Shown: positions 9,003-17,034, counted from the first letter of the stretch. The stretch is 32,000 nucleotides of DNA from Nitrosomonas europaea (GCF_900167395.1 NZ_FUWK01000029.1:1-32000), one strand, 5' to 3'. The notes: a model not told the origin generated them from the sequence alone. Translations and numbers: made by a program.

Positions 9003-10019
9003 ATGAGCGACAGCAATACATCTTCGTTACCCCGTGCAGCTCAGCTCGAGCCTGATGCCGCACCTGCAGTTGCTGTCCTGCAGCAGGCACTGCAATGGCA
9101 GGTCATCTTCTGGTCGGGGGAGGCTACCGATAGAGATCGTATGCGCTGGCAGAGCTGGCTGGCGGCTGATCCGGCACATGCCCGCGCCTGGGCGCAGGTG
9201 CAACGTACCGATGAACAACTGCAAACACTGGCTTCGCCCGCCGCTGAAGTGCTGCGCAGTGCTGATGCCAGGCGATGTAAAGCGCGCCGCACAGTGCTCG
9301 GTATGGCAGGTCTGCTGGCAGGCGCCGGTATTATGGGTTGTGGATTGCGGCAAACAGCGCAATGGCAGATGATGATGGCCGATGACCACACCGGCTATGG
9401 CGAGCGACGTAATATCGAACTTGCCGATGGCACGCAGGTGACGCTCGGCAGTGCCACTGCCATTGATGTGTGCTACAGCGCGCAGGCACGCCAATTGCTG
9501 TTGCGCACGGGTGAGATCTTCATCGTTACAGCGCCAGACAGTGCCGACCGCCCGTTTTTGGTGCAAACCACTCGGGGCAGCGTGCAGGCGCTGGGTACAC
9601 GCTTCAATGTGCGTGAATCGGGTGAGCAAATCCAGGTGGCAGTACAGGATGGTGCAGTCGCTATCCGTCCGGCCGGAATGAATCCGGGTGATGTCGTACG
9701 GCTTGATGCTGGTCAGCAGACGTGTTTCGATCACACCAAAGTCGAAGCAGCCGAGGCATTACAGATCAGTGCGACTGCCTGGACACGCGGTCTGCTGGTG
9801 GCTGAACGCATGCGGCTGGAAGATTTCCTGGTCGAGCTGGGCCGATACCGCAGCGGTGTATTGCGTTGTGACCCGGCAGTCAGGGATCTGATCGTCTCCG
9901 GCGTTTATTCACTGGACGATACTGACCAGAGTCTGCGCCTGCTTGCCCAGGCGCTGCCGGTACAGGTGCAGACAGTTACGCGCTGGTGGACTATCGTCGG
10001 ACCTCGCCCCATGAAATAA
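9003..10019 (+). CDS. fecR: FecR-type transmembrane anti-sigma factor / iron signal sensor
   Basis: It has an N-terminal anti-sigma domain (WQVIFWSGEATDRDRMRWQSWLAADPAHARAWAQV), a single TM segment (VLGMAGLLAGAGIMGCGL), a periplasmic FecR domain (LADGTQVTLGSATAI...VQALGTRFNV) and a C-terminal STN-contacting region. Confidence 0.9.
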   Translation: MSDSNTSSLPRAAQLEPDAAPAVAVLQQALQWQVIFWSGEATDRDRMRWQSWLAADPAHARAWAQVQRTDEQLQTLASPAAEVLRSADARRCKARRTVLGMAGLLAGAGIMGCGLRQTAQWQMMMADDHTGYGERRNIELADGTQVTLGSATAIDVCYSAQARQLLLRTGEIFIVTAPDSADRPFLVQTTRGSVQALGTRFNVRESGEQIQVAVQDGAVAIRPAGMNPGDVVRLDAGQQTCFDHTKVEAAEALQISATAWTRGLLVAERMRLEDFLVELGRYRSGVLRCDPAVRDLIVSGVYSLDDTDQSLRLLAQALPVQVQTVTRWWTIVGPRPMK

Positions 10020-10146
10020 AACAGCTATTCCGCTATCCCACCGAAAAAATTTCGCGTCAACCGTAGCACTTTTCTCATCTCGTATCGGGATACAGGTAAG
10101 GCCCTGGCAAACAGCCGGGACCATCTATTACTGAAGGGAAAAATCT

Positions 10147-12618
10147 ATGCCAATGAGAAACACCAATCTTCCTGCCAACCCGTGCGTCACAGGGACTTGT
10201 CGTTCGCAAGCGCTATTGCGCCAAATCATGCTGCTGGCCTGTCTGTCCATGGCAGCAGCGTTTGTACCCGTGCGGGCGCAGAGCACGACAGCGCCTGTTC
10301 AGCCGCAAGCAAGCCTCCGCTACGATATTCCGGCCGGCACGCTGGATCAGGTGCTGAACCATTTTGCGGCAGATGCCGGCATTACACTCTCCATTGACGG
10401 CGCACTGACTGCGGGTAAGCACAGTTCCGGCCTGTCAGGCAGCTATAGCGTGCCGGACGGGTTGAAGGCACTGCTGGCGGGAACCGGACTGGAGGCGGTT
10501 GCCACCCCTGGTAGCGGCTACGTGATACGCAGGGCGACTGCTGCCACGATAACGACAAGCGGGACCGTGCTGCCAACGGTAACGGTGGCGGGCCACCGAG
10601 CCGCTATTGATGAGGCACCCCCGCTTTACAAGGGTGGCCAGGTAGGCAGTGGTGCACGTATGGGTGTGCTTGGTAATACCGCAGTGATGGATACCCCTTT
10701 CAGCGTTACCAGTTACTCGGCGCAAGTGATCGAGAATAACCAGGCACGCTCGGTGGCAGATATTGCGGCGATGGATCCATCGGTGCGTATGAGCAGTGCT
10801 CGCTCCAATATTAACGAAGACCTCACGATGCGCGGTTTTTCGGTCTCCAGCGCAGATTTCGCGCTGAACGGGCTGTTTGGCCTGACACCTTACTGGCGGG
10901 CACCGCTGGAATCGATAGAACGGGTAGAAGTGATCAAAGGCCCGTCTGCCGCATTGTTTGGTATGGCGCCTGGCAGCAGTGTGGGCGGCGTCGTTAATCT
11001 GGTGCCCAAGCGCGCTGGGGATACGCCGCTGATGCGGATCACGACCGGCATAACTTCAAATTCCCTGTTTGGTGGCCATGCCGATATTGGTGGCCGTTTC
11101 GGGCCGGATAATGTATTCGGTGCACGCCTGAATGTCATGCACCGCGGTGGCAATACGACGATCGATGGTCAGTCTACCTATCAGAGCCTGGGGTCGCTGG
11201 GGTTGGATTTTCGTCAGCGTTCACTGCGAGCTTCTCTCGATCTGTTGTGGCAGCAGGAACGCATCAATAACGTGGTACGCCAGTTCCAGCTGAGTCCCGG
11301 TTTGACAGCGGTCCCGCGTGTGCCGGACAACACCACGGCCTATCCTGGTTATGGCTGGACTGATGGTCGCAATATCTCGTGGCTGTTCAAAGCGGAGTAT
11401 GACATCAGCCAGGCTGTTACCGCATACGCGAGCTACGGCATGCGTAAACTTAACTGGGGCGCCATCGCTGCCAATCCGATCCTTCTGAATACGGCGGGTG
11501 ACTATTCCTACGCCGGAGGCTGGCAGCGTATGCCTACTCGTACTCAGTCACTGGAAGCAGGTATGCGCGGCGTATTTGCTACCGGGCCTGTCAGCCATAG
11601 TACTGCACTTGGTTTTACCTGGCTTGACCAGTCGCAAGAGCTGGGCTTTTATACCGGCCTTCCTCCCGGTATTTCCAATTTGTATACCGGCCAATTGTTT
11701 TCGACTCCCTCCATTGAGGGTATCAATAACTTGGCGCGTCCCTACCTCGATACTCAGCTGACCAGTGTGGTACTGGCCGATACGATGTCATTCTGGGATG
11801 ACAGGTTGTTGGCGTCACTTGGCCTACGTTATCAGAAGGTCGAGGGACAAAGCTACAATTTTGCTACGGGTATGGCCAGTGGCCCGCGCTACGATAAGAG
11901 CGCAATAACGCCTGTCGTTGGCATCGTGTTCAAACTGCGCCCGTCATTGTCGCTGTATGCAAGTTATATCGAAGGATTGTCGAAAGGGGATACAGCACCG
12001 ATCAGCGCGGCGATTACTAATCCGGGAGAGATTATGTCTCCGTATAAATCCAAGCAGAAAGAAATCGGTGTCAAGTTCGATCAGGGTAATTTCATGACAA
12101 CACTGAGCCTGTTCGAATTGACCCGGCCCAGTGCGGGTATATCCGGCACGACATTCGGCGTGTTTGGTGAACAGCGTAATCGCGGTGTGGAGGCAACCAT
12201 TGCCGGCGAAGTTGTGCGCGGTGTACGCGTGTTGGGTGGCGCCAGCTATATAGATGCAGTGTTGTCCAAATCGGTGTCAGCAATGCTGAAGGGCAATAAA
12301 GCTATCGGGGTCCCCGAGTGGCAGGCCAATCTGGGAGCAGAGTGGGATGTTGGCTTCCTGCCGGGGCTAACGCTGACAGGCAGAATGGTCTACACCGCCA
12401 AGACTTTCGTCGATGCGACCAACACTCTGAAGATTCCGGATTGGGTGCGCTTCGATGCAGGCGTGCGCTACGCTGCGCGTATCGTCTCCAGGCCGGTTAT
12501 GTTCCGCTTGAATGTCGAAAACCTGTTGGACAAGGATTACTTCGGTGCGGCCACGGCAGGCTATCTCTTCATCGGTACGCCGCGTACCATAAATTTCTCT
12601 GCTTCCATCGATTTGTAA
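10147..12618 (+). CDS. TonB-dependent siderophore receptor/transducer with N-terminal signalling (STN) domain
   Basis: It has a signal peptide, an STN domain (YDIPAGTLDQVLNHFAADAGITLSIDGALT...GLKALLAGTGLEA), a plug (ERVEVIKGPSAALFG) and a long beta-barrel. The gene sits directly after fecIR. Confidence 0.9.
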   Translation: MPMRNTNLPANPCVTGTCRSQALLRQIMLLACLSMAAAFVPVRAQSTTAPVQPQASLRYDIPAGTLDQVLNHFAADAGITLSIDGALTAGKHSSGLSGSYSVPDGLKALLAGTGLEAVATPGSGYVIRRATAATITTSGTVLPTVTVAGHRAAIDEAPPLYKGGQVGSGARMGVLGNTAVMDTPFSVTSYSAQVIENNQARSVADIAAMDPSVRMSSARSNINEDLTMRGFSVSSADFALNGLFGLTPYWRAPLESIERVEVIKGPSAALFGMAPGSSVGGVVNLVPKRAGDTPLMRITTGITSNSLFGGHADIGGRFGPDNVFGARLNVMHRGGNTTIDGQSTYQSLGSLGLDFRQRSLRASLDLLWQQERINNVVRQFQLSPGLTAVPRVPDNTTAYPGYGWTDGRNISWLFKAEYDISQAVTAYASYGMRKLNWGAIAANPILLNTAGDYSYAGGWQRMPTRTQSLEAGMRGVFATGPVSHSTALGFTWLDQSQELGFYTGLPPGISNLYTGQLFSTPSIEGINNLARPYLDTQLTSVVLADTMSFWDDRLLASLGLRYQKVEGQSYNFATGMASGPRYDKSAITPVVGIVFKLRPSLSLYASYIEGLSKGDTAPISAAITNPGEIMSPYKSKQKEIGVKFDQGNFMTTLSLFELTRPSAGISGTTFGVFGEQRNRGVEATIAGEVVRGVRVLGGASYIDAVLSKSVSAMLKGNKAIGVPEWQANLGAEWDVGFLPGLTLTGRMVYTAKTFVDATNTLKIPDWVRFDAGVRYAARIVSRPVMFRLNVENLLDKDYFGAATAGYLFIGTPRTINFSASIDL

Positions 12619-12628
12619 GGAGATACTG

Positions 12629-13819
12629 ATGTCGTTACAGTCCTGGGCCTGGATTCACAAATGGAGCAGTATTGTTTGCACCTTGTTCATGTTGCTGTTG
12701 TGTCTGACGGGTCTGCCGCTGATTTTTCATGAAGAAATCGAGCATCTTAGCGGGGTGGTGGAGGCACCCCCCATGCCCAAAGGCACGCCGGATGCCAGTA
12801 TGGATCGTATCGCACAGGTGGTGCTCGCACGCCGTCCTGGCGAAGTCATCCGCTTCATGTTCTGGGATCAGGAGGAGCATCCGGATCTGACCTATGTATC
12901 GATGGCCAGTCGGGTCGATGCCCCGCCGGAGGAAAGTAATTCAGTGGTGATCGATTCCCGTACTGCCAAAGTGCTGGACGAACCCAAGACCAATGAAGGC
13001 TTCATGTATGTGATGCTCAGGCTGCATGTAGACATGTTTGCCGATCTGCCCGGCACACTGTTTCTGGGTTTCATGGGCTTGCTGATGGTGGTGGCCATCG
13101 TATCGGGCGTCGTGCTGTACTATCCATTCATGCAGCGGCTGAAGTTCGGCGTGCTGCGCATGCAGCGCAGTGCACGAATCAAATGGCTGGATATACATAA
13201 TCTGCTGGGTATCGTGACCGTGGTCTGGCTGACAGTAGTGGGTCTGACCGGCTCCATCAACACGCTGGACCGCATTATCCTGAGCCTGTGGCAAATGGAC
13301 CAGATGGCTGAAATGACCGCACCCTTTAAAGATCTGCCACCCGTCACACAGCCTGCACATCTTGAAGCATCGCTGCGTGCTGCTCGCGCGGCGGCGCCGG
13401 ACATGGAGGTACGACTGGTCGCTTTCCCGGGTACGATGTTTTCCAGCCCGCATCACTATACCTTTTTCCTGAGGGGCAACACGCCGATCACATCGCGGCT
13501 GCTGAAGCCGGCGCTGGTCGATGCCAGCAACGGTGAGCTGACCGATTCACGCGATATGCCCTGGTATGTGAAGACATTGTTTTTGTCACAACCATTGCAC
13601 TTTGGTGACTACGGCGGCCTGCCGCTGAAAATTCTGTGGGCAGTGCTCGACCTCATCGCCATCGTCGTGTTGGCTAGTGGCCTGTATCTCTGGTTGCGTA
13701 AACCCAAGACGACGGCAGCATCGGTTTCCAAAGCGGACGATGCTGTACTGCCTCTCGATGACGACCATACAGCACCGAACAACGCGATGGTCTATATCAA
13801 TGAGAATAAGGATAGATGA
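12629..13819 (+). CDS. PepSY-associated TM-helix protein (PiuB-like, putative periplasmic ferric-siderophore reductase component)
   Basis: AAGGAG Shine-Dalgarno. The N-terminus IHKWSSIVCTLFMLLLCLTGLPLIFHEEI is the typical PepSY_TM start, there are four predicted TM segments, and the position after a TonB receptor is conserved. Confidence 0.8.
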   Translation: MSLQSWAWIHKWSSIVCTLFMLLLCLTGLPLIFHEEIEHLSGVVEAPPMPKGTPDASMDRIAQVVLARRPGEVIRFMFWDQEEHPDLTYVSMASRVDAPPEESNSVVIDSRTAKVLDEPKTNEGFMYVMLRLHVDMFADLPGTLFLGFMGLLMVVAIVSGVVLYYPFMQRLKFGVLRMQRSARIKWLDIHNLLGIVTVVWLTVVGLTGSINTLDRIILSLWQMDQMAEMTAPFKDLPPVTQPAHLEASLRAARAAAPDMEVRLVAFPGTMFSSPHHYTFFLRGNTPITSRLLKPALVDASNGELTDSRDMPWYVKTLFLSQPLHFGDYGGLPLKILWAVLDLIAIVVLASGLYLWLRKPKTTAASVSKADDAVLPLDDDHTAPNNAMVYINENKDR

Positions 13820-13820
13820 C

Positions 13821-14030
13821 ATGACGAATCGGCTGGAATCGCGCACGATGTATACAAAGCACCGACAATCGGTTCGAGAAGTGTTTTTCATACCGACGCT
13901 ATTAAGCGTGGCAGTCCTGATCGGCCTGGTTTCCGCCCTCATCGGTGACGGTATCTGGGACGTAGTATCGTGGCTGACCATTCTGGCACCTGTTGTGGTG
14001 GTGATCCTGGCCTGGTGGCGTCGGGGCTAA
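13821..14030 (+). CDS. Small two-TM membrane protein coupled to the PepSY gene
   Basis: The ATG lies 1 nt after the PepSY stop (TGAcATG). Two hydrophobic helices are present (VFFIPTLLSVAVLIGLVSALIG, VSWLTILAPVVVVILAWW). The same junction and N-terminus are preserved in the relic at 15597-15650. Confidence 0.6.
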   Translation: MTNRLESRTMYTKHRQSVREVFFIPTLLSVAVLIGLVSALIGDGIWDVVSWLTILAPVVVVILAWWRRG

Positions 14031-14245
14031 GGAATCTCTGATCAAATCCCACAGGGCTGCACACTGTGTTTTGCGGATGGAATACAAGGCGAGTGAGGCA
14101 ATGAATGGTTTTGGCCCCTTCACAACGAGCTCAACGCTACAGTCCAGTGCCCCACAAAGGGTTGTGACAAAATCATGTGCTCGCTATGTCGTGCTCCTTG
14201 CGACCATCATGATTTTGCCTGCAATGCGGCTCATGGAGGGTTTTA

Positions 14246-14546
14246 TCAGACGTTCCTTAGCAATTCTTGCAGTACTTCTTCTGTCATACCGGCTTCCTGC
14301 GCCTTGGCGCCGACACGATCGCTGAAGCGCTGAAACTCAGCCACGTTTAGATTGACCAGTCGTTCGTATTCGTCCATCGACATCATCACTGCCACGTCCC
14401 GTTTCTGGCGCTGGATGATGACAGGCTCGCGCCGGGAATTTATCCTGAAAATCGGGGTAATGCGATCGAATCATTTCCAGCAATGACTGGAGAATAATCC
14501 GAGCGATATGGCTCGTACCTCGCCGCATCCTGTCGCGCTTGACCAT
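14246..14546 (-). pseudogene. Phd/YefM-family antitoxin, frameshifted and lacking an intact partner toxin
   Basis: One frame (14246-14470, no start codon) encodes EPVIIQRQKRDVAVMMSMDEYERLVNLN...MTEEVLQELLRNV, the YefM-like core. Another frame, from the ATG at 14546, encodes an N-terminus ...SHIARIILQSLLEMIRS that resembles the antitoxin first helix. The frames must switch between about 14426 and 14470. Confidence 0.5.
14421..14499. repeat. Left copy of a ~78 bp direct repeat (partner at 15279-15355)
   Basis: The shared core is GAAATTTATCCTGAAAATCGGGGTAATG(C)GATCGAATCATTTCC(A/G)GCAATG(A/G)CTGGAGAATAATC, with a few substitutions and one 1 nt indel by eye. Confidence 0.85.
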
Positions 14547-14548
14547 CC

Positions 14549-14591
14549 TTGATCGATAGATGTATCGTAATACTATATTGAGATCGATAGA
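14549..14591 (+). promoter_or_regulatory. Probable vapBC promoter with a 10 bp direct-repeat operator
   Basis: TTGATC (14549-14554), a 16 nt spacer, then TACTAT (14571-14576). GATCGATAGA occurs twice (14551-14560 and 14582-14591), overlapping the -35 and the leader, as expected for antitoxin autoregulation. Confidence 0.45.
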
Positions 14592-14600
14592 GGCTTGGCT

Positions 14601-14807
14601 ATGACAGCGGTTACCGTTTCACCGAAGTACCAGATTGTAATCCCGAAAGAAATTCGCGAATCAATGGGTATTGTGTCGGGGCAGAAAATCCAGGTTATGT
14701 CCTATCAGGGGCGAATTGAATTGATTCCCCTCAAACCCATGAAGGAGATGAGAGGTTTTCTCAAGGGTATTGATACTACCGTTACCAGAGACGAAGATCG
14801 GGTATGA
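14601..14807 (+). CDS. vapB: AbrB/SpoVT-fold type II antitoxin (VapB-like)
   Basis: VTVSPKYQIVIPKEIRESMGIVSGQKIQV is the looped-hinge-helix motif. AGAGG Shine-Dalgarno lies 7 nt before the ATG at 14601. The stop is 3 nt before the PIN toxin gene. Confidence 0.85.
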   Translation: MTAVTVSPKYQIVIPKEIRESMGIVSGQKIQVMSYQGRIELIPLKPMKEMRGFLKGIDTTVTRDEDRV

Positions 14808-14810
14808 GGT

Positions 14811-15191
14811 ATGAATGTAGTTGATTCTTCCGCCTGGTTGTCCTATTTCGCAGGTGACGCAAATGCCCCGGTATTTACAGGGCCTGTTGAGCAAATCTCG
14901 CAGTTGCTGGTGCCAAGCATCACCATAACGGAAGTTTTCAAAAACGTGTTACACCAACGTGGCGAGGAGGCCGCTTTGGTTGTGGTGGCTCATATGGAGC
15001 AAGGGCGAGTGGTGCCGCTGGATTCTGAGCTGGCAATGGACGCTGCAAAATTTGGCGTTCTGTATAAGTTGCCATTAGCGGACAGCATCATATTTGCCAC
15101 TGCGCATAAATACGGTGCCACGCTTTGGACTCAGGATAATGACTTTGAAGGTTTGTTAAACGTCAAGTATGTACCGAAGAGCGGTATATAA
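14811..15191 (+). CDS. vapC: PIN-domain type II toxin (VapC)
   Basis: The acidic PIN residues are in place: MNVVDSSAW (D5), ITITEVF, LADSIIFATAHKYGATLWTQDNDF. Confidence 0.88.
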   Translation: MNVVDSSAWLSYFAGDANAPVFTGPVEQISQLLVPSITITEVFKNVLHQRGEEAALVVVAHMEQGRVVPLDSELAMDAAKFGVLYKLPLADSIIFATAHKYGATLWTQDNDFEGLLNVKYVPKSGI

Positions 15192-15278
15192 CGATTGGGG
15201 CCAGATCAGTAGGATGCGGTGGGGTACGCGCATCGTTCGAGAAATCCGTTGAAGAATGGCCTTTTCCAGTTTTCACGG

Positions 15279-15355
15279 ATAGGTCGCGCAGGAAATTTAT
15301 CCTGAAAATCGGGGTAATGGATCGAATCATTTCCGGCAATGGCTGGAGAATAATC
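15279..15355. repeat. Right copy of the ~78 bp direct repeat (partner at 14421-14499)
   Basis: See the left copy. This copy abuts the PepSY gene relic directly. Confidence 0.85.
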
Positions 15356-15374
15356 ACTGTTTCTAGCGCAATGA

Positions 15375-15663
15375 CTGCATTCTGGCGATTATGGCGGGCT
15401 GCCGCTGAAAATCCTGTGGGCAGTGCTCGACCTCATCGCCATCGTTGTGTTGGTCAGCGGCCTGTATCTCTGGTTGCGCAAACCCAAGACGATAACAGCA
15501 TCGGCTTCCAACGCGGAAGAGGCTGTACTACCTCTCGACGACGACCATACAGCACCGAACAATACGATGGTCTATATCAATGAAAACAAGGATAGATGAC
15601 ATGACAAATCGGCTGGAATCGCGCACGGTACATGCAAAGCACCGGTAATCGGTTCGAGAAGTG
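15375..15663 (+). pseudogene. Relic of a second PepSY-TM gene 3' end plus the first 15 codons of its small-membrane-protein partner (paralogue of 13590-13870)
   Basis: It encodes ...GDYGGLPLKILWAVLDLIAIVVLVSGLYLWLRKPKT...LPLDDDHTAPNNTMVYINENKDR*, then TGAcATG and MTNRLESRTVHAKHR followed by TAA where the intact copy has CAA. Similarity to 13590-13870 starts and stops abruptly. Confidence 0.85.
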
Positions 15664-16064
15664 GACACTATTCCCCGCCCTCGCGAGGAGGCTGCAGGCC
15701 GACGTGGCGATCCAGCAGCACTGAATGTTGTTCTGGATTGCTTCATCCTTGCAGGATTTGCAAAGAGGAGATTTATCTCACTTGTGCCATAATCACCACC
15801 GTTTTCGTGAGGTCGCAAGCCGAAGGCTAAACAAGTAATCCATGAAATACAGGTTCTTTCCGACGCTTAAACAGTAGTACTTGCGCTTTATTCTCTTCTG
15901 TATTTAGTTAAGCAGTTTTTAGGCTGATTGCGCTGTTGTCTTATTTGTCAGCGGAAATTGTTTTGTTGGGTGAAATTTTCATTGAAATACATGATGATAA
16001 TTAACTTATTTCAGAGTTATACGACATTACAAACAGGATTATTGGACAAAATGTCTTATATATT

Positions 16065-16077
16065 GCGTTGGGCATCT
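16065..16077 (+). repeat. GCGTTGGGCATCT: integron-type core (GTTGGGC) marking the proximal boundary of the cassette array; identical 13-mer at 18656-18668
   Basis: The 13 nt match is exact. GTTGGGC fits the GTTRRRY R' consensus. Unlike the distal copy, this one has no recognisable GC-rich attC body upstream. Confidence 0.55.
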
Positions 16078-16108
16078 CGTGGGGTACCGATACTACGGAG
16101 GCTAAGGA

Positions 16109-16516
16109 ATGGATGAGATCATCAAACAAAGTCCTGTTTTGTGGGTTCTAAGCGCCGTAGTTACTGGCTTCATCGCTGGCATCGCTGCGTACATTGGTTT
16201 ACTCAAGATAACGAATCAGGAGACTATTATAAAAGGGACTTATGAGCCAAAGAAGAACCTAGTGGGCCGTGTCTTGAAGAACGAAGTTCTCATCGAATGC
16301 GGAAAGCTCATTGAGCTGGCAGGGCGCATAGATGGAGCGACGATGCCGGATAAAGTGGAGGCGTATATGACACAAACACTGATCTTTCTTGAAGGACTCG
16401 ATCTTCCCAAAGTACAGCAATATCACCAGCTCAAAATGTCTTGGCCTGCTTATACGATCCAGCTATTGCTGGTGAATGACAAGCTGTCTTCGTCGCAGAA
16501 ACTGGGGCGAGCGTAG
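16109..16516 (+). CDS. Cassette ORF 1: N-terminally membrane-anchored protein of unknown function
   Basis: GGAGG/AAGGA Shine-Dalgarno region. One TM helix is present (VLWVLSAVVTGFIAGIAAYIGLL). An attC follows. I recognise no family. Confidence 0.6.
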   Translation: MDEIIKQSPVLWVLSAVVTGFIAGIAAYIGLLKITNQETIIKGTYEPKKNLVGRVLKNEVLIECGKLIELAGRIDGATMPDKVEAYMTQTLIFLEGLDLPKVQQYHQLKMSWPAYTIQLLLVNDKLSSSQKLGRA

Positions 16517-16574
16517 GGTGTCCTCGAGGGGCTGAGATCAAGTTTTTCTGCCTCTGCAGGTGGTTAATGGAAAA

Positions 16575-16646
16575 GCCCAACAGGGCGCTCAAGCGGACCG
16601 CCAATCCACTGCGCGGCTTGTCGGCCCCTTAGCTTGAGCGTTATAC
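16575..16646 (+). other. Integron attC recombination site (attC-1)
   Basis: The sequence is GCCCAACAGGGCGCTCAAGCGGACCGCC...GCGCGGCTTGTCGGCCCCTTAGCTTGAGCGTTATAC. The left arm aligns almost base for base with attC-5 (YCCYAAC-5nt-NNTCAAGCGGA). It is an imperfect palindrome. The crossover triplet is ambiguous: cTTAGCT at 16629 or GTTATAC at 16640. Confidence 0.65.
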
Positions 16647-16662
16647 CTCTACGGATTGAATC

Positions 16663-17034
16663 ATGAACGATAAATCCAAAATGAAGGTTTACTACAATTC
16701 AGCTTGCCCAGTTTGTAAAGCAGGGATAGAAGGGCAAATGGATAAGGATAGCGTCTGTGAGATTCAATGGAATGATGTTCACAAGAATAATAGCTTGGTA
16801 TCAGAGGTAGGTTCTGAGCTTGAATTTGTGCGTGAGCGTCTACATGTTGTCGATGAAAATGGCGATCTTCAAGTTGGATTTAATGCATTTCTGGCAATCT
16901 GGCGCAACTCCCCAAAGGAAACATGGAAATCAAGGCTGTTTGGTATGCCTGTCTTAAAACAAATATGCCAAGTTTTCTACAATATCTTTGCCGCAGCTCT
17001 TAATAAATGGAACAGAACAAAGAAACATTGGTAG
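16663..17034 (+). CDS. Cassette ORF 2: DCC-family thiol-disulfide oxidoreductase (DUF393)
   Basis: VYYNSACPVCKAGIE is the N-terminal CxxC of the DCC/DUF393 family. The size of 123 aa is typical. Confidence 0.7.
   Translation: MNDKSKMKVYYNSACPVCKAGIEGQMDKDSVCEIQWNDVHKNNSLVSEVGSELEFVRERLHVVDENGDLQVGFNAFLAIWRNSPKETWKSRLFGMPVLKQICQVFYNIFAAALNKWNRTKKHW

Noticed and set aside
8459-10725. Antisense and alternative-frame ORFs over fecI, fecR and the receptor 5' end (e.g. 9027-9734, 235 aa)
   Set aside because: Long stop-free frames are typical of GC-rich coding DNA. Their composition (R/C/H/Q rich) is non-protein-like, and the sense genes have clear domain signatures.
14071-14325. 84 aa plus-strand ORF
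   Set aside because: It lies opposite the clearly Phd-like coding segment and the decayed region downstream of it, with no Shine-Dalgarno and no motif.
15186-15250. Possible attC after vapC (TATAAC ... ATCGTTCGAG), which would make vapBC a cassette
   Set aside because: Only a 6 bp inverted repeat (AACGAT/ATCGTT) is present. The cores do not fit RYYYAAC/GTTRRRY, there is no extended imperfect palindrome, and there is no similarity to the three good attC sites.
15163-15818. ORFs 15163-15357 (-), 15317-15583 (+) and 15528-15818 (-)
   Set aside because: They run across the 78 bp repeat, the PepSY relic (in the wrong frame or strand) and junction DNA. They are best explained as chance ORFs in pseudogenised sequence.
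15664-16064. Search for an intI gene or relic, or an attI with integrase-binding repeats, upstream of the array
   Set aside because: All minus-strand frames are stop-riddled and nothing resembles the IntI N-terminus. Only the GTTGGGC core at 16067 is recognisable, so no integrase feature is reported.
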